A DNA stretch of 64,000 nt, taken from Neodothiora populina. Taxonomy: Eukaryota. The DNA lies in NCBI RefSeq assembly GCF_041146345.1, contig NW_027191413.1, positions 2,976,001-3,040,000 of the forward strand, in the 5' to 3' direction. The position numbers were made by a program, and so were the translations under genes. Below are positions 23,356 to 36,165 of this stretch, one piece after another (position 1 is the stretch's first letter; each line of letters begins with the position of its first letter). The notes under the pieces were generated by a model that saw nothing but the letters and a program-made list of their open reading frames with translations, made no database searches and was not told the DNA's origin.

Positions 23356-26300
23356 GTGGACGGATTAGTAGAAGGATCGTTGACGGCAGGCTTGAGTTGC
23401 ACTCTTGGCAAGAAACGAAAGATGATGGGTTCGACAAAGAGGAAAAGCCGGGATTTTATGTGTTTTTGCTCGCAAGTGAGAGTGAAGCTGCGCAAATGTA
23501 TCACATGCACACATTTGCAAACGGCGGCACAATGAATTGGCATTTACCCTCCGCCTGCGTTTTCCGTGTTTACTGGTGGATCTCTGGGCTCAATAATCCT
23601 CCCATTTCGGGAAGCATTTGTCCAATCCCACGTGGAGAAGCAGCGACTTTGGCTTTTCAGGGCCGGTTGCGGGGAGACGCTAACATTCCGCTGCACCTCG
23701 CTATTTGGCAAATGAACTTTCTGGGGCGCCATGGGGAGACAAACCGGTGGCTTGGCCCATCCGCACAACTTGTAGCTTGACCAAGCCGAATGCGTCTGTT
23801 CAAAGACACAGGAGACAGGGATCTTTCCACCAATCGATGCGCTTTACTGACTGTACTCTTGACATCTGCAGCGGCACTGTTCGCCTGTGCGACTTCCGAT
23901 GCGACAAAATCGCCTTCTTTTGCGCTCGTACAACATACACAAGTCAAGCTGGATCCACACCCTGCCTAAGTCATGCTGGGACTTTTTCAGCTTGCCCAAG
24001 AAAACAATCTCCGATTTTCCTTGGTATGCTCCCCAGGCTCGAACCGATCAAACTGCTAGGGCAACAATCACAACCTTATCGAGACCACAAATACCTTAGC
24101 CAGCCTCATCATTCCAGAAGGATTGGCGGCTCGTGCCACCTGACTTGCATCACATCATGTACAGTACTACTTTGTATACTACTACGCTACATGCATCAAT
24201 CCTCTTTGTGAGGGGAAATGCGGAGATGATTGCTACTCCGAGTATACGACCGATTGCACTACTACTGCTGCCTGCCCTTGATTTTGCCCCTTTGACATGT
24301 TCGAGGGCCATTTCCAGACATTATATCTACCCGATGTAGTGAATGCGTGTACTTAATCAATGAATTTCAAGAGGCTGTTTCGTCGATCTCCCGTTTCCAA
24401 ATACCGCAACCTAACGGTCAGGTTCACATCCCCGGAGAAGACCGACTTGGTCACATGGGGTTGTCTGGAGAAAGCATACCGTTGTGCGTGTGGTACAGCT
24501 GGAACGACGAGGGATGCTAAGACGGGATTGGACTCGAACCCTAGTGCATCCTGGCTTAAGCCAAGCTGAATCGAGCGTTCTTGACGTACCTTCGCAATAG
24601 GGATACAGCCCACTATAGCAGGTATAGGCTTATAGGATCCTCCGTCACCACACTTTGGAAACGACGTATGCCTACTTTCCCATTGCTATTATTTTTGCAT
24701 CCAAATAAACATCTGAAACGACTTCTTGTTGTCGAGAACAGATAAGTCAAGCGGAAGCATTCAAATCCGTCAGATGCGTACTCGGAAGGAAGAGTGTTCA
24801 CCTCGATTTCTTGGATAGGTCTTGGATTTTCTTGGCGGGTCGCCTTTCTGCACCCCACCACAAACTGCAAAGCGTCTACTCGGCCCGGCCATACCATAAC
24901 CAGACGAACAACATTCTCCGAGGCATCTGCCGATCTCTCGTGGTTTCGATACTGTGATTTTCTCGGTGCAGTAATTATGCTCGAATAAGCTGTTTCGCGA
25001 ATTAAAAGGGTCGAGCTTAACTCGCTTTATGATCTGTGCAAGCTCGCATGACATGACCGCAGCTGGCTGTCCATTGGAAACGGACTGTTGCCATGCCTTG
25101 GTATAGACCGTGTTCTCGATAAATGTCTCCAGACATTCGTAAACAAGGATTCCACCAAGCAATATCGAAGCGTCATTACCGTAAGATTACGCCAAAAAAT
25201 CTCTCAAGAATTTGTGTTCCCCCGATTCTTCCCCTGAAGTTTATGATGTCTGAATCTTTTATTGGCGAGGTTGTCACGCTGTTTCCGATCCTGATCCGGC
25301 TTGGTAGTCACTCGGTAGCTATACCATGTGAGCGGCACGCGGGGTCGCATGTCGCTTGGAACCCCATCACCATGGTCAGATCGAGAGCTTGTACAAGACT
25401 GTCGACTCGGAGCCTAACGTACCTTAGGTACTCGTGAGTTATGGCTTTCTTGTCCGGAGTGACTTGGCGATGAGTTACTCCGATTCGTCAAAAAAGGAAA
25501 GTTTATTAGGGATGATTGAGTTAATTACTTTTGATGTGTTGTTAGTTTGTGTGATAGAAGTGTCAAAGTCGCCAGAGTGACAGGCCCCCATAGCACAGCG
25601 GAGACACGAAGCGATAAGTCTCTCAACATTTTACGTCGTCATGAGCGAACAGTAGCGTCAGGAGTCATTATCAACAGAAACAAGGTACCTACTCGTTGAC
25701 GGTATTCGCAAACCAGAAATTTCATGATGTGGTATACAGAAGTTCCGCGCTGCGAGCGCTGTCTAAGCGTGGCTAAGCAATTGATAGAGACATGTCAAAC
25801 CCGTCGAGGAATGATAGGACTACAGCTAGACACCGAGGTCGCAGGTGCTGGCGAGTGATGGAGAAGACCCGCCGTCCCACTGCCATGCAGTTGCAGCTTA
25901 TTCTACGAACCGACCTGCTGTCAACGGCGAGATGCATGCATGCATGAGTCGGCACTCGACTCTCTACGTCCGTGGGTCCCCGCCTTAAGCTCGCTCCACG
26001 CTGCATACCTTAGCGAGAGCTCCAAGTGTCTGTTAATCGCCATGTAAGGTGAGTACTTTACTGATTAAATTGTCGGTTGTGATGCGGGGTTCGATCAGGG
26101 TCCGCCAGCGCTTATACAGCGCAATCATAAACATCCGTGGTTGTGGCATGCATACATGCCAGACCCTGATAGTCGCAAGCTAGGTAATCTTTCAAATCTA
26201 TAGCTTGTATATAGAGAGTGGGAGCAGAGCTGCGGAGTCCCTTGCTTCTACATTTGTAGCATAATCCACGATGTGTGTCCAGTTCACGGAGGATCTGCGC

Positions 26301-27559
26301 AGGATCTAAGGCCCGTCCCTGAATTTACCCCAGCTGAGGTTGATCTCCAGATACTCTGTGGTAGCACACCGTTCGTGCAAAGATCGACGTCGGAAGTATT
26401 TTCGATCTATACTATAAATACATGACTTCCAAACAGCAACAACTCGGACTTGTGATCCCAAGATGTCGGAATCCATCTGGAAGCACGAACCTTGCGATTA
26501 CGTCCAATGAACAGAGCTCCATGGATGGGCCTGAAGGAGTTCTAGCCACCTGAAGGAACGAGTCATGGTGCCTCCTGCCACCAACATGATCTTTCCAACA
26601 TCAAGGCGGCCACCAGGACGGAGCTTCTCCCGACTCACGTTTCACACTACACGAACCTATAGCTCACCCCACGCTATGGGGCCTCTACTGCACCGGTCAT
26701 GATGGATACGTCAATGACATGATTCCGAATAACATTAAGCTGCAGCTGAGCATTGCCACGAAAGGTCCAGGAATATGAGGATCTGAGACAACAGCATCCT
26801 GGAAAAGTATAATGGATGGTCAGTCAGCGTGTGCTGTCCCGGACGTTACTGCACGTTCGTCGTGCGCGCTGCAATAGCTCTTGAGATATAGCTACCTAGC
26901 TACTGCTACGCAGGCAGTCGCTGTGCGGAACGACGCCAGCGTCTATTCGATGGGCTTGGAGGCTCAGCTCCTCAGACTAGGATGGGATTGACCGTGCATC
27001 ATCTACTTGCCGCGTGATGATATGATGGTCCATCACTAGCGATTCAATTTGGACTAGGTATTGCTGTGCCACGGTCGTTGTCGTTGGATGGCGCCTGTCG
27101 ATGCGACTTTGGATCGCCAATCGGGAGTCTTGTTGCATTAAGCAATTATGAAAGAATGTCGCCCGCATGCTTGGACCATTAGGCCCTATCGACTTGCTGC
27201 CATCTCTATGCTCGTGAGCGTTTGCGATCAACATCGGAGGATTGGACAGGCTCCACAACACCTAATAATTGCCGCCAACTTCATGAACAAGAAAAGTAAC
27301 ATGCTATCAGATTCGGCATCCCCAGCAGCTCGAAGGATTGGAAAGGACGGTGTATCCTACGATAACAGCGTCACTCAATGCTTTCGACACGATGATCATC
27401 ATACGAATGATTAGATGACTGATCGAGCGCCAAAGGGTATAAATAGGACATGTCCTCGAGTTGTTTCGTTTCATCATCCACATCACAAACCACAAATCAA
27501 GCACCTCTCCATCTCTATTGACTTGATCAATAATCTCCCTTTGCCAGTCTATGTTCAAA

Positions 27560-27896
27560 ATGAAGTTCATTACCCTACTTCCCGCCATCATTGGTCTGCT
27601 CGTTGCTTCCGGAGAAGCAACCCACAAGCTGGGCAGCAGCTGTAGTGGCAAGGATATTGGCACTTATGGATGCTCTGACGATGAATGCACCGTGGTATGT
27701 CTCGCCACTCCCCAGGCTCCGGAAGAGTCTTTTGGAAGCGCGGCTATGTTTGAGCACTGCTGATAGGCTTTAGATCAAGTGTAGCACCTCGGGCAACGGC
27801 AATTACTACTGGGAGCTTGCTGAGTCCTGTATCAGCATGAAGTGCGAGAACGGAGCTTGCAACGCTGCATATCCCAAGGACTCCTGTACGGCCTGA
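27560..27896 (+). CDS. Small secreted cysteine-rich protein (85 aa, 8 Cys)
   Basis: Exon 1 27560-27694, intron 27695-27773 (GTATGT...GCTGAT...TAG), exon 2 27774-27896. Signal peptide MKFITLLPAIIGLLVASGEA; TATAAA near 27438. Confidence 0.8.
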
Positions 27897-28323
27897 ATGA
27901 CTTGCCAGAAGTTCTGAGATGAATGATGAAGTATTGTTGAGAATCTAGGGGATCGTCTAGAGACAGAGGACGCATCATCGACCGGTCGTATCACATTCGT
28001 TACATGAACTCTGTACGTCGAGGTATCAACTACCTATTTCTAGCCTTTGCACATGTCTGCAAGGTCATCTTCCTGCCAGACTTTATTGTTACATTGTTTT
28101 GGCCATGTGACATCGATGTCTTCGTAAAGATTATTGATTGCGTATACCCGTCCATCCGATTGCCGCGATGCTTTGACTTAGTATCATAAAACACAATACT
28201 ATTCGACAATAATCTTCGCAGGAAGTGACATTGACTACAGAATTGAAACTAGGATGTGCTCCAGTTCTAAGCATCACGGTAAAAGCAGCATTCGTAGTGT
28301 TCAAAATCAGCTACTACTCTGAG

Positions 28324-28371
28324 TCGGACATTAGAAAAGCCCGAGGACTCTCGGGAAGTTCAAAAGTCCGA
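28324..28371. promoter_or_regulatory. Nested CGG/CCG palindrome upstream of a Zn2Cys6 TF gene (putative zinc-cluster binding site)
   Basis: TCGGAC-N10-CCCGAG-gact-CTCGGG-N10-GTCCGA, about 150 bp upstream of the ATG at 28524. Confidence 0.4.
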
Positions 28372-28523
28372 GCGGCCCCGACCCACAACAATTATCTCTT
28401 TGACATATCCCCCTTCGACACTTAAATATGTCTGTCAAGAAGTATTTTCGTGGGAGTTCGTAAAGGCGAGTGTCATCTCATGTAAGCATGATGATTGTGC
28501 CTTGAGACATCATCGCGGCCGAC

Positions 28524-30783
28524 ATGTCTACTTCGCACGGAAGTAATCCACCAGCAGAGAAACCACGACGGGTGCTTGCGTGTGTACAATGTCAACAACG
28601 GAAGATAAAGTGCGATCGCAATTTTCCATGCAGCAATTGTATCAAATATCGAGTGCAATGCACCCCCGCCGCCTCGTTAGGGCCCCGCCAGAGGCGTCGC
28701 AGACTACCAGAAAGGGAACTACTGGATCGCCTTCGCTACTACGAAAGTCTGCTGCAACAAAATCACATCAAGTTTGAGCCTAGCCTCGAACACAATACAT
28801 CGCCACAAATACCTTCCCACGATGGTTACAGCAAGATTCATACTCCAGGTAGTGACGTTCGTGGGCTGGCTGTAGACTCAGAACGTTTGCATCCTGAGCG
28901 TGAAGATGAAGACAAGGTCAAGTACGCTATTGCCAGTACATTGATTTTGCAGTTCCATTTGATTGATTGACTCCGTATAGAGAGTACTGGCACGTCATGA
29001 AGGGAAAGGTGGGCTTGGTCCTTTCCGCATGTCGATATCGCGCTGACGAATTTGCTAAAGTTCCCGGACTTCGACGGAAATATTGATGATACTTCACCAG
29101 AAGTTGTCCATGACGCGGTAAGGAAGACTTGGGATCGTTCATACCAAGACAAGGACTGGCTTTTATTTGGTCAACATGATGAGACCATTGACGTCTCGAC
29201 TATGCATCCAGAACAAATCCAAATCCTCAAGCTCTGGCAGATCTACATTGACAATGTTAATCCTTTGTTGAAGGTCACGCATACTCCTACTTTACAAAGT
29301 CGTATCATAGATGCCGCCAGCGATCTGAAAAGTACAAGATCTCCACTGGTGGCGTTGCTGTTCAGTATATATTGCGTGGCCGTCATGAGCCTCAACGAAG
29401 AAGACTGTCTCGACATGTTTAGCGCATCGAAAGCACAGATCGCGAAAAAGTATCGCCTAGGATGCCAGCAGGCATTGATGAAAAGTAATTTCCTCAGATC
29501 TAACGACCGTGAATGTCTGGTCGCGTTTTACCTGTATCTCGTGAGTTTCTCGTTCGCCGACCGACAGCATCTTTCGCTGACCGAACCAGATCTCGCTACA
29601 AAGTTGTGTAGATCCAGCTTCCCTTTCCGCCATGCTCAGCCCTGCCCTTCGGATTGCGCAACGTATGGGACTCCACAGCGAATCAGCAAATTCCAAGTGC
29701 TCACCCTTTGAAGCTGAAATGCGACGAAGACTTTGGTGGTCAATTGTGGTGTTCGACGCTCGCAATTGCGAAATGGCTAACGTCAAGTCAATGATGCTTG
29801 TACCGACTTGGAACTGCAAGATACCTCTCAACGTCAACGATTTCGATCTTCAACCCGGCATGAGGGACTTGCCCATGGCGCAAGACCACTCGACAGAGGC
29901 TTTATTTGTTGTCACGCGAAGTAAGATTTGCGACTGGATCCGATACAGCGCTTTCCATCTTGATTTTGTCAATCCCATTTTGAAGGTGTACGTGAAGGAC
30001 ACCCAAAGCAGCAGCGAATCAGAGGTACATGACTCAATAGAAGAGGTCATCGAGTCCAGATACTTCCAGTCCTGTAGCACCGAAAGTCCACTCCAAGCCG
30101 TTTCCATCTGGATGTCGCGAGGTCAACTTGCGAAAGCCCGTCTCCTCGAGACTTATACAAAGTCTTCAACGTCATGGGCTCTGCAGCCGGAATTGCAACG
30201 TGATATGGGAATGTCTTACGCACTCAAGACGGTCGAATGCGATACGAACCTCATGAGCTGCCGATTGACGATGGGATATCGATGGTTCACCCGATACCAT
30301 TTTCCATTTCCTGGCTACCTCCACATCATTCAGGAACTCAAGGCACGGCCTGCGGGTGTCAATGCCCAAAGATGTTGGGACACCATAAGCGACAATTACG
30401 AGACGCGTTGCTCGACTTATGGACAGGATGATGGCCCATTTTTTGAAATCTTCGTCAAACTTATCCTTCAAGCCTGGGCAGCATGTGAAGCACTTGACAG
30501 TCAGAAAACGACACCAGTGCAGATCCCGCGGATCGTAGTGGCCATCAAAGAGAAATTGGCGTTGTCCTCGCATATTCAACAAGGAGTCGGCCTCAGAGAA
30601 CCCAAGGTCGGGATCAGTCAGAGCGTTGGAGACATGTTATCATCCATGCCAGGCGCTATTGGTAGTAATGGCCATCTTCACGACATGCAAGGAAGACTTT
30701 TCGAAGGATCAGGAATAAACGGTCTTGACTACATGAGCTGGAACATAATGGACTGGTCTTCGATTTACACCTCTGATTATTGA
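28524..30783 (+). CDS. Zn(II)2Cys6 transcription factor with fungal-specific TF domain (spliced)
   Basis: ACVQCQQRKIKCDRNFPCSNCIKYRVQC; LWQIYIDNVNPLLKVTHTPT; ALRIAQRMGLH...EAEMRRRLWW. Confidence 0.92.
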
Positions 30784-31250
30784 TGCTTTCTTTGCCTGTA
30801 TATGAGCATCAGTATCCTTCGATGAGGCTGGACAGTCTGATTGCGATACTCCGATGACATCAAGCTATAAATTTATCTGCTGTCTACAAGATTCATAGTG
30901 TCCTCCAACGATACAACTCTCGAGTCGCCGGAGAAGGCGTTCTGTCACATCAATAAGAAGATGCTGCGTGCAGATGGAAGTAAAGCACAGCAGCTTTCCA
31001 TCCACGAAAGAGGCGGACGCCAGCTCGTTCGAAATAAGAAAAACTCCCCCAGAGATATCTGGACCGACAACTGGGCCGTGATTATGAATCTCAGCACAAG
31101 ACGAAAGTGATGAATTGTATAGACGAGCTTCAGAGGTATAAGTGAAAACTCCCTCGACCAATAATAAGCATCTCACTTCTTAATTGGTCAGGTTGTCGAT
31201 TGTACAAATGATACTACATGTTGAGAGTAATCGCTTGAACCGTTATAACT

Positions 31251-33011
31251 TTACCTCCCTGAGTATTTGACCTCCAGAGTGCGGAGGACAGGATACAGCA
31301 CGAGGGTGATTACCAAGACAAAATAGTCGCCGACGTCACCACCATAGGCGCCGATCAGCTTTGCACAAGGTCCTGCATACTGGAGCGAAATCATCAGCAA
31401 AATTTAAACGTGGCGATACACACACCCAACATGTGACTTACCCATGTCTGATTCATGCCAATGAAGGAACAACCGAAGCTGACGACAAGTGTCCCCAGGC
31501 CTGCAAAACCCAACGGCAATTTCTTTGGGTCCTGCCAGCCATCGAGATCATAGCCGCCAATCTTGGGTCGAATATAAAAATGCTCGATGGCCAGTATGGA
31601 GCCGAAAGAGATGGTCCAGTATCCCAGAAGAGCCAGGAAGTTGTTCAATATCTCTTCCAAGACGTAACGACCACCCCATGCGGCACCTAGTGTGATGGCG
31701 GCAAGGAGCAAGTTCCAGAAGAATCTTGGGACAGCCATCCAGTATTTGCCCCAGATTTGGATGGATAGGGAGCTGGAATAGAAAATGCCCACCAAGTTGG
31801 CCACTAGCAATGTTGCGTTAGCTGAGCGGAACGCAGACACATGATTACCATGAGATACTCACGAAAAGACAAAGCATAGCATACTCCAGCAAACTTAGCC
31901 CAACCAGAAGGTCGCATAGTTGCAATCATTAGTGCGCCTATACCACCCTCGTTGTACACATTCGACATCGCTTCATTGGACATAATAATGCCGCCGTAGA
32001 ATACACCAAGAAGGCCAACGACGATACTTGGAACCATCAGACCGATCCACGTCAATCCGAATACTAGCCGTTTGTCGATTTTTGTCGGATAGTGAACATA
32101 GTAGTCCCCTGCCATCGAACACCATGCGGCGCATGTGCCAAACATCGTGGCAAAGAACGACAGAGCCGCACCGCTGTTATCAATGCCGGTGACCATAGAG
32201 AGATTGGGAGTTGGCGTGAAGTATCGAGCCGACTGGCCCCATTCAACGCAGAGCAGGACAAGGATCCATATCCATGCCACTGATTCCCAATGGTGGATGA
32301 CAGCGAATCCGAAGAGAGATATGATGAAGCCCAGGACTGCGACGATGATGATTCCTGCAGCGATCGGAACCGTATCTTCGCTGACAGCAGAAATCAATTG
32401 ACCGGCGATGATGCAATTGACTATAGCAAATCCGATGTTGGTGATGATGTTCAAAAGTCCGCAGACTTTGGCACCCCAGATGCCGAATGCGAAACGACTG
32501 ACTGCGATCTGGCGAAGGCCCGTGTGAGGACTCAGGATAGCTGTGAATGAGGGGATTATCGAGCCGAGGGCAGCGGCGAAAACCATGATAATGGAAGCGT
32601 CCTTGACGGAGAGACCAAAGATGGGGCCTAGTGTCCCGATACTGAGTAGAGTTGGGCTGAAGAGCATGGAGAACCATAGAAACATTATCTAGCGGGGCAA
32701 TGTCAATTGAATTGATGTTTCGGTTGATCTCGGATCCAACTTACATTCCAGAGTCTGGGTGGTTTGCGTTGATCTTCAGGCACTCGTTGGATAGCATCTC
32801 GCTCGACCCCCATTTTCCTATCCATCCATGCCTCAAGGGCTCGTCCCTTACTCAGTGTCCGGCTGAAGACATTCCTGTTATGTTCATCCACGGTACCGAT
32901 CTCCAAGGAAGTGTATTCTGAGCTTGAAGCAAAGGGAGGTTCATGTTCGATGACCACAGGCTGTTTCTGGTTATCCACACCCAGATTCAATGCCTTCAGT
33001 TGAGCAGACAT
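31251..33011 (-). CDS. NCS1-family purine-cytosine / vitamin B6 permease (Fcy2/Tpn1-like)
   Basis: MGVERDAIQRVPEDQR, MFLWFSM, TGLRQIAVSRFAFG, GDYYVHYP, LNNFLALLGYW, WQDPKKLPLG, final exon YAGPCAKLIGAYGGDVG...EVKYSGR*. Confidence 0.9.
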
Positions 33012-33616
33012 CCTGTCGATATACGAATATGGCAAGTCGAGTGGAGCAACGAGAGATCATATGTATAATTTGTTGGATGTTGGCAGTCTTGATCCAGCTA
33101 CATGCATGTCCTATATGACATATATGTCTACTGTCTGTCTTATCATACTTCTAGAGAGGGACATACGTACCCTCCAATCTGTGAATCCAATTAGTCCCAG
33201 ACAGCCCTGATGATAAGAGACCAGAGACACAGCCTTGCAGGAAGAGATAGCGATAGCGCACATCGCCGACGAATTGTTACAAATACAATATCGCTCACGA
33301 ATATGATGGCTGGACCTCAATGTATGGTCGAGGAGACCGTTGGCAAGCGAGTTTATCTGCGGGACAATTGCCTGATTCGGTTAGCGCGTCCACCACCTCG
33401 CCAGCGCTCACTATCTCCCGGGCGCATCAATTACTAAATGCAAAAGGACATGTGATGATTTGGAAGAAGTGATCAATCATGCAGCAGCTGCTCGGGATGT
33501 CGGATATATAGAGCTGGAAGACAAGACGCAACCATTCCTGTTCTTCTCTGTCCACACATATTCTTGAGCCCACTCAACCATCCTTTCTGATACTCATTAC
33601 ATCGTGAATCGTGACA

Positions 33617-35017
33617 ATGTCTACCACGCAAGACAACACTCTCAAAACCAAGTTCGGTACCATCCAGATATCTCAGGATGAGGGAGCTGGCGACTTTGAT
33701 ACTATTCCGATCATCGATTTGACGCGAATGAGAAGCGCCGATATTGAGGACCGCAAAGCTCTTGCTCTGGAAATTCGTGATGTCTGTATCAACGTCGGTT
33801 TCTTTTACATAAAGGTATATATACCTCATGCTTACCGAAACATGTGAATGTTGCTGATGAGAATAGAATCACGGTGTCGATTCTGAGCTGATCAAGGAAA
33901 TTCACGCCACAGCGAAAGAGTATTTCGCACTGCCCTTGGAGAAGAAAAAAGCAAATGCGAGGGCGAATTCATCGGTACGGAGGCATCGCTCTGGATCTCC
34001 TGTAGTCACTGCCTCTGCTGATAGTAAATAGGTGTTTCGAGGATACACACCTGTATTCGAAGAGTTCTCACAGCTTGATCATTCTGTTGGAAGTCTCTGC
34101 GAGAGCTTCGATATTGGCTACGAGTTGGCTGGCGATCCATTAGCCAAGCCTGGAGACACTCTTTCCATGGCCCAATCAGATATGTATGGAGAGAATGTGT
34201 GGCCAGACTCAGAGGTCATTCCGACCTTCAAATCGTCATACCTTCGGTACTTCAGAGCAATGCTCACTTTAAGTCGTGACTTGCTGCAGATCTTCGCATT
34301 GGCTCTTGACTTACCAGAGAGCTTCTTCGACAGTGTTACGACACGACCCGGCTGCATGTCTAGGATTATTCACTATCCGCCCCAGCCCATTCCAGATGGC
34401 AATCACCCCGGGATTGCTCCACACACTGTCAGTACTCGTTGAGACCATTGAACCTGCTCGGATCACTAAAGATCTTCTAGGACTTTGAGTGCTTTACCAT
34501 CTTGTGCCAGGACGACGTCCGTGCTTTGCAAGTGTTGAATCAGAGCAACAGATGGGTCACCGCAGAACCGATTCCAGACCATTTCGTGGTCAACATTGGC
34601 GACTTCATGAGGTTCTGGTAGGTTCCTCGAAGAACGTGAACGACGATTGTCATTTCGATCGTGCACGACTCGACAAGCTGACATTTCGTCTCCAGGACCA
34701 ACGGTCTATTCCGCTCGACAATGCACAAGGCCACCAATCTGACCGGACGCGATAGATACTCTGTCCCATTTTTCTTCGGAGTGAATTTCGATGCCATGAT
34801 ATCCGTGCTAGATCATGGCGCGACGCAAAAGTCCGACGCAGGTGTTAAACCACAGTCGATTATGGCGGGTGATGTAAGATTGGCATACAACACTGTCTCG
34901 ATTTATGGTGATACCTAACGGGACATACAGTACATTCGTCGTCAACTCGAGGCTATCTACGAGAAACCTCTCGAAGTTCCTCAGTCCACCGGTGCAATCA
35001 TGCAGATCCCAGTGTAG
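33617..35017 (+). CDS. 2-oxoglutarate/Fe(II) dioxygenase (IPNS-like, DIOX_N)
   Basis: IPIIDL...IRDVCINVGFFYIK/NHGV, RIIHYPPQ, intron-split HT/DFECFTIL (HxD), VVNIGD, STMH, RYSVPFF (RxS). Confidence 0.92.
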
Positions 35018-36165
35018 AGGTCAGTGAACGGGCTAAACGAGAGTTGGAGAATGACAGTCAGAGAGACGTAACCAGAGCAAGTAGCGAAGGACGTGAGTCA
35101 TCATAGCTTCTGGTAGATATGACAATATTGCAAAAGATATTGGTACTTGAACAATACCACGTTTTCAGTGTGTATAAAGATGATTATCAAGCAGCTGAAT
35201 CTACGTGATCAGGCCGTGATATGAGTGTACAAGAGGGGAAGCATTATCGACCTAGTGAATCCTCTGGAGTCAGACCATATCGATTTCTAGACGAGTGAAG
35301 AAGCCTTTGTCAGCGACGACAGTCAGTGTGGTGAATGAGGTACTATGTCCAGTCTGAGTGCAGCGACATGGCACCTTACCAGCTTTATCGTGCAGCGAGT
35401 GTCTCATCCGAAAGGCAGATCCTGGGGCGAGTCCGACGCGGCAGAATTACCGTTCTGGGACAAAAGTGGGCTGCACACCTCAGGCTTCCGTCCTGTAACC
35501 GAACACCCGAGACACCTTCTCGGAGCCGTTTTGTGGGTGTAAATTGCGCGGGGTACGATGGACGCTTTCTTGATTAGACTCCATACCTACCGTATAGCAC
35601 ACTTCTACAGAGCGGCTCCGCACGTTGTCATCACGTAGGATCGAGCTAGTCACGTCTTACAATCCTAGGCAAGAAAATCACTACGGCTCTAGGTTGAAGC
35701 AAGGACGCTACGAGGAGGATGATTTGACGCCAGTCGAACCGTCACAAAGCGGACAGGGTCCCCCACCATAAATAAACCCTTCCATTGTGATTATGTATTG
35801 TAGGTACAGCAGCCTCGACATCGTGTAATTGGCCTGATTGTTACGATTGATGCTCTGAAAGCACATCCGCTGAAAGACGCATGGCATAGTGCAGAGGACG
35901 TCGGCCTCGGAGATCTGACCCATGGTTACGATGCTTCCATGACTGCAAGTTCCTGGGCCGCCTTGCACATGAGTTTGACTGCTTTCCATACATCTGTAGC
36001 CCTTCCCTCACATTCGACGGCGTGGTGCAACGCAACCTTCACCACAACATTCACTCACCCGTACCGAAAGCAGAACAAATATACTATGGAAGCCCGCAAA
36101 AGTACATCGCTTGCCTTAAGTCGTTGAGACCCTCGCCCCGCTCTTTCGACCGTGCAGAACACGCT

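Noticed and set aside
23356..27400. 4-kb region with many short ORFs and several SYGGRG (CreA-like) sites upstream of the hexose transporter
   Set aside because: No ORF has recognisable motifs or coding bias; the 6-bp sites are too common to support alone.
31251..33617. Possible TPP riboswitch in or near the NCS1 permease gene
   Set aside because: No CUGAGA...UGAU...AAU...GCG aptamer core found by eye.
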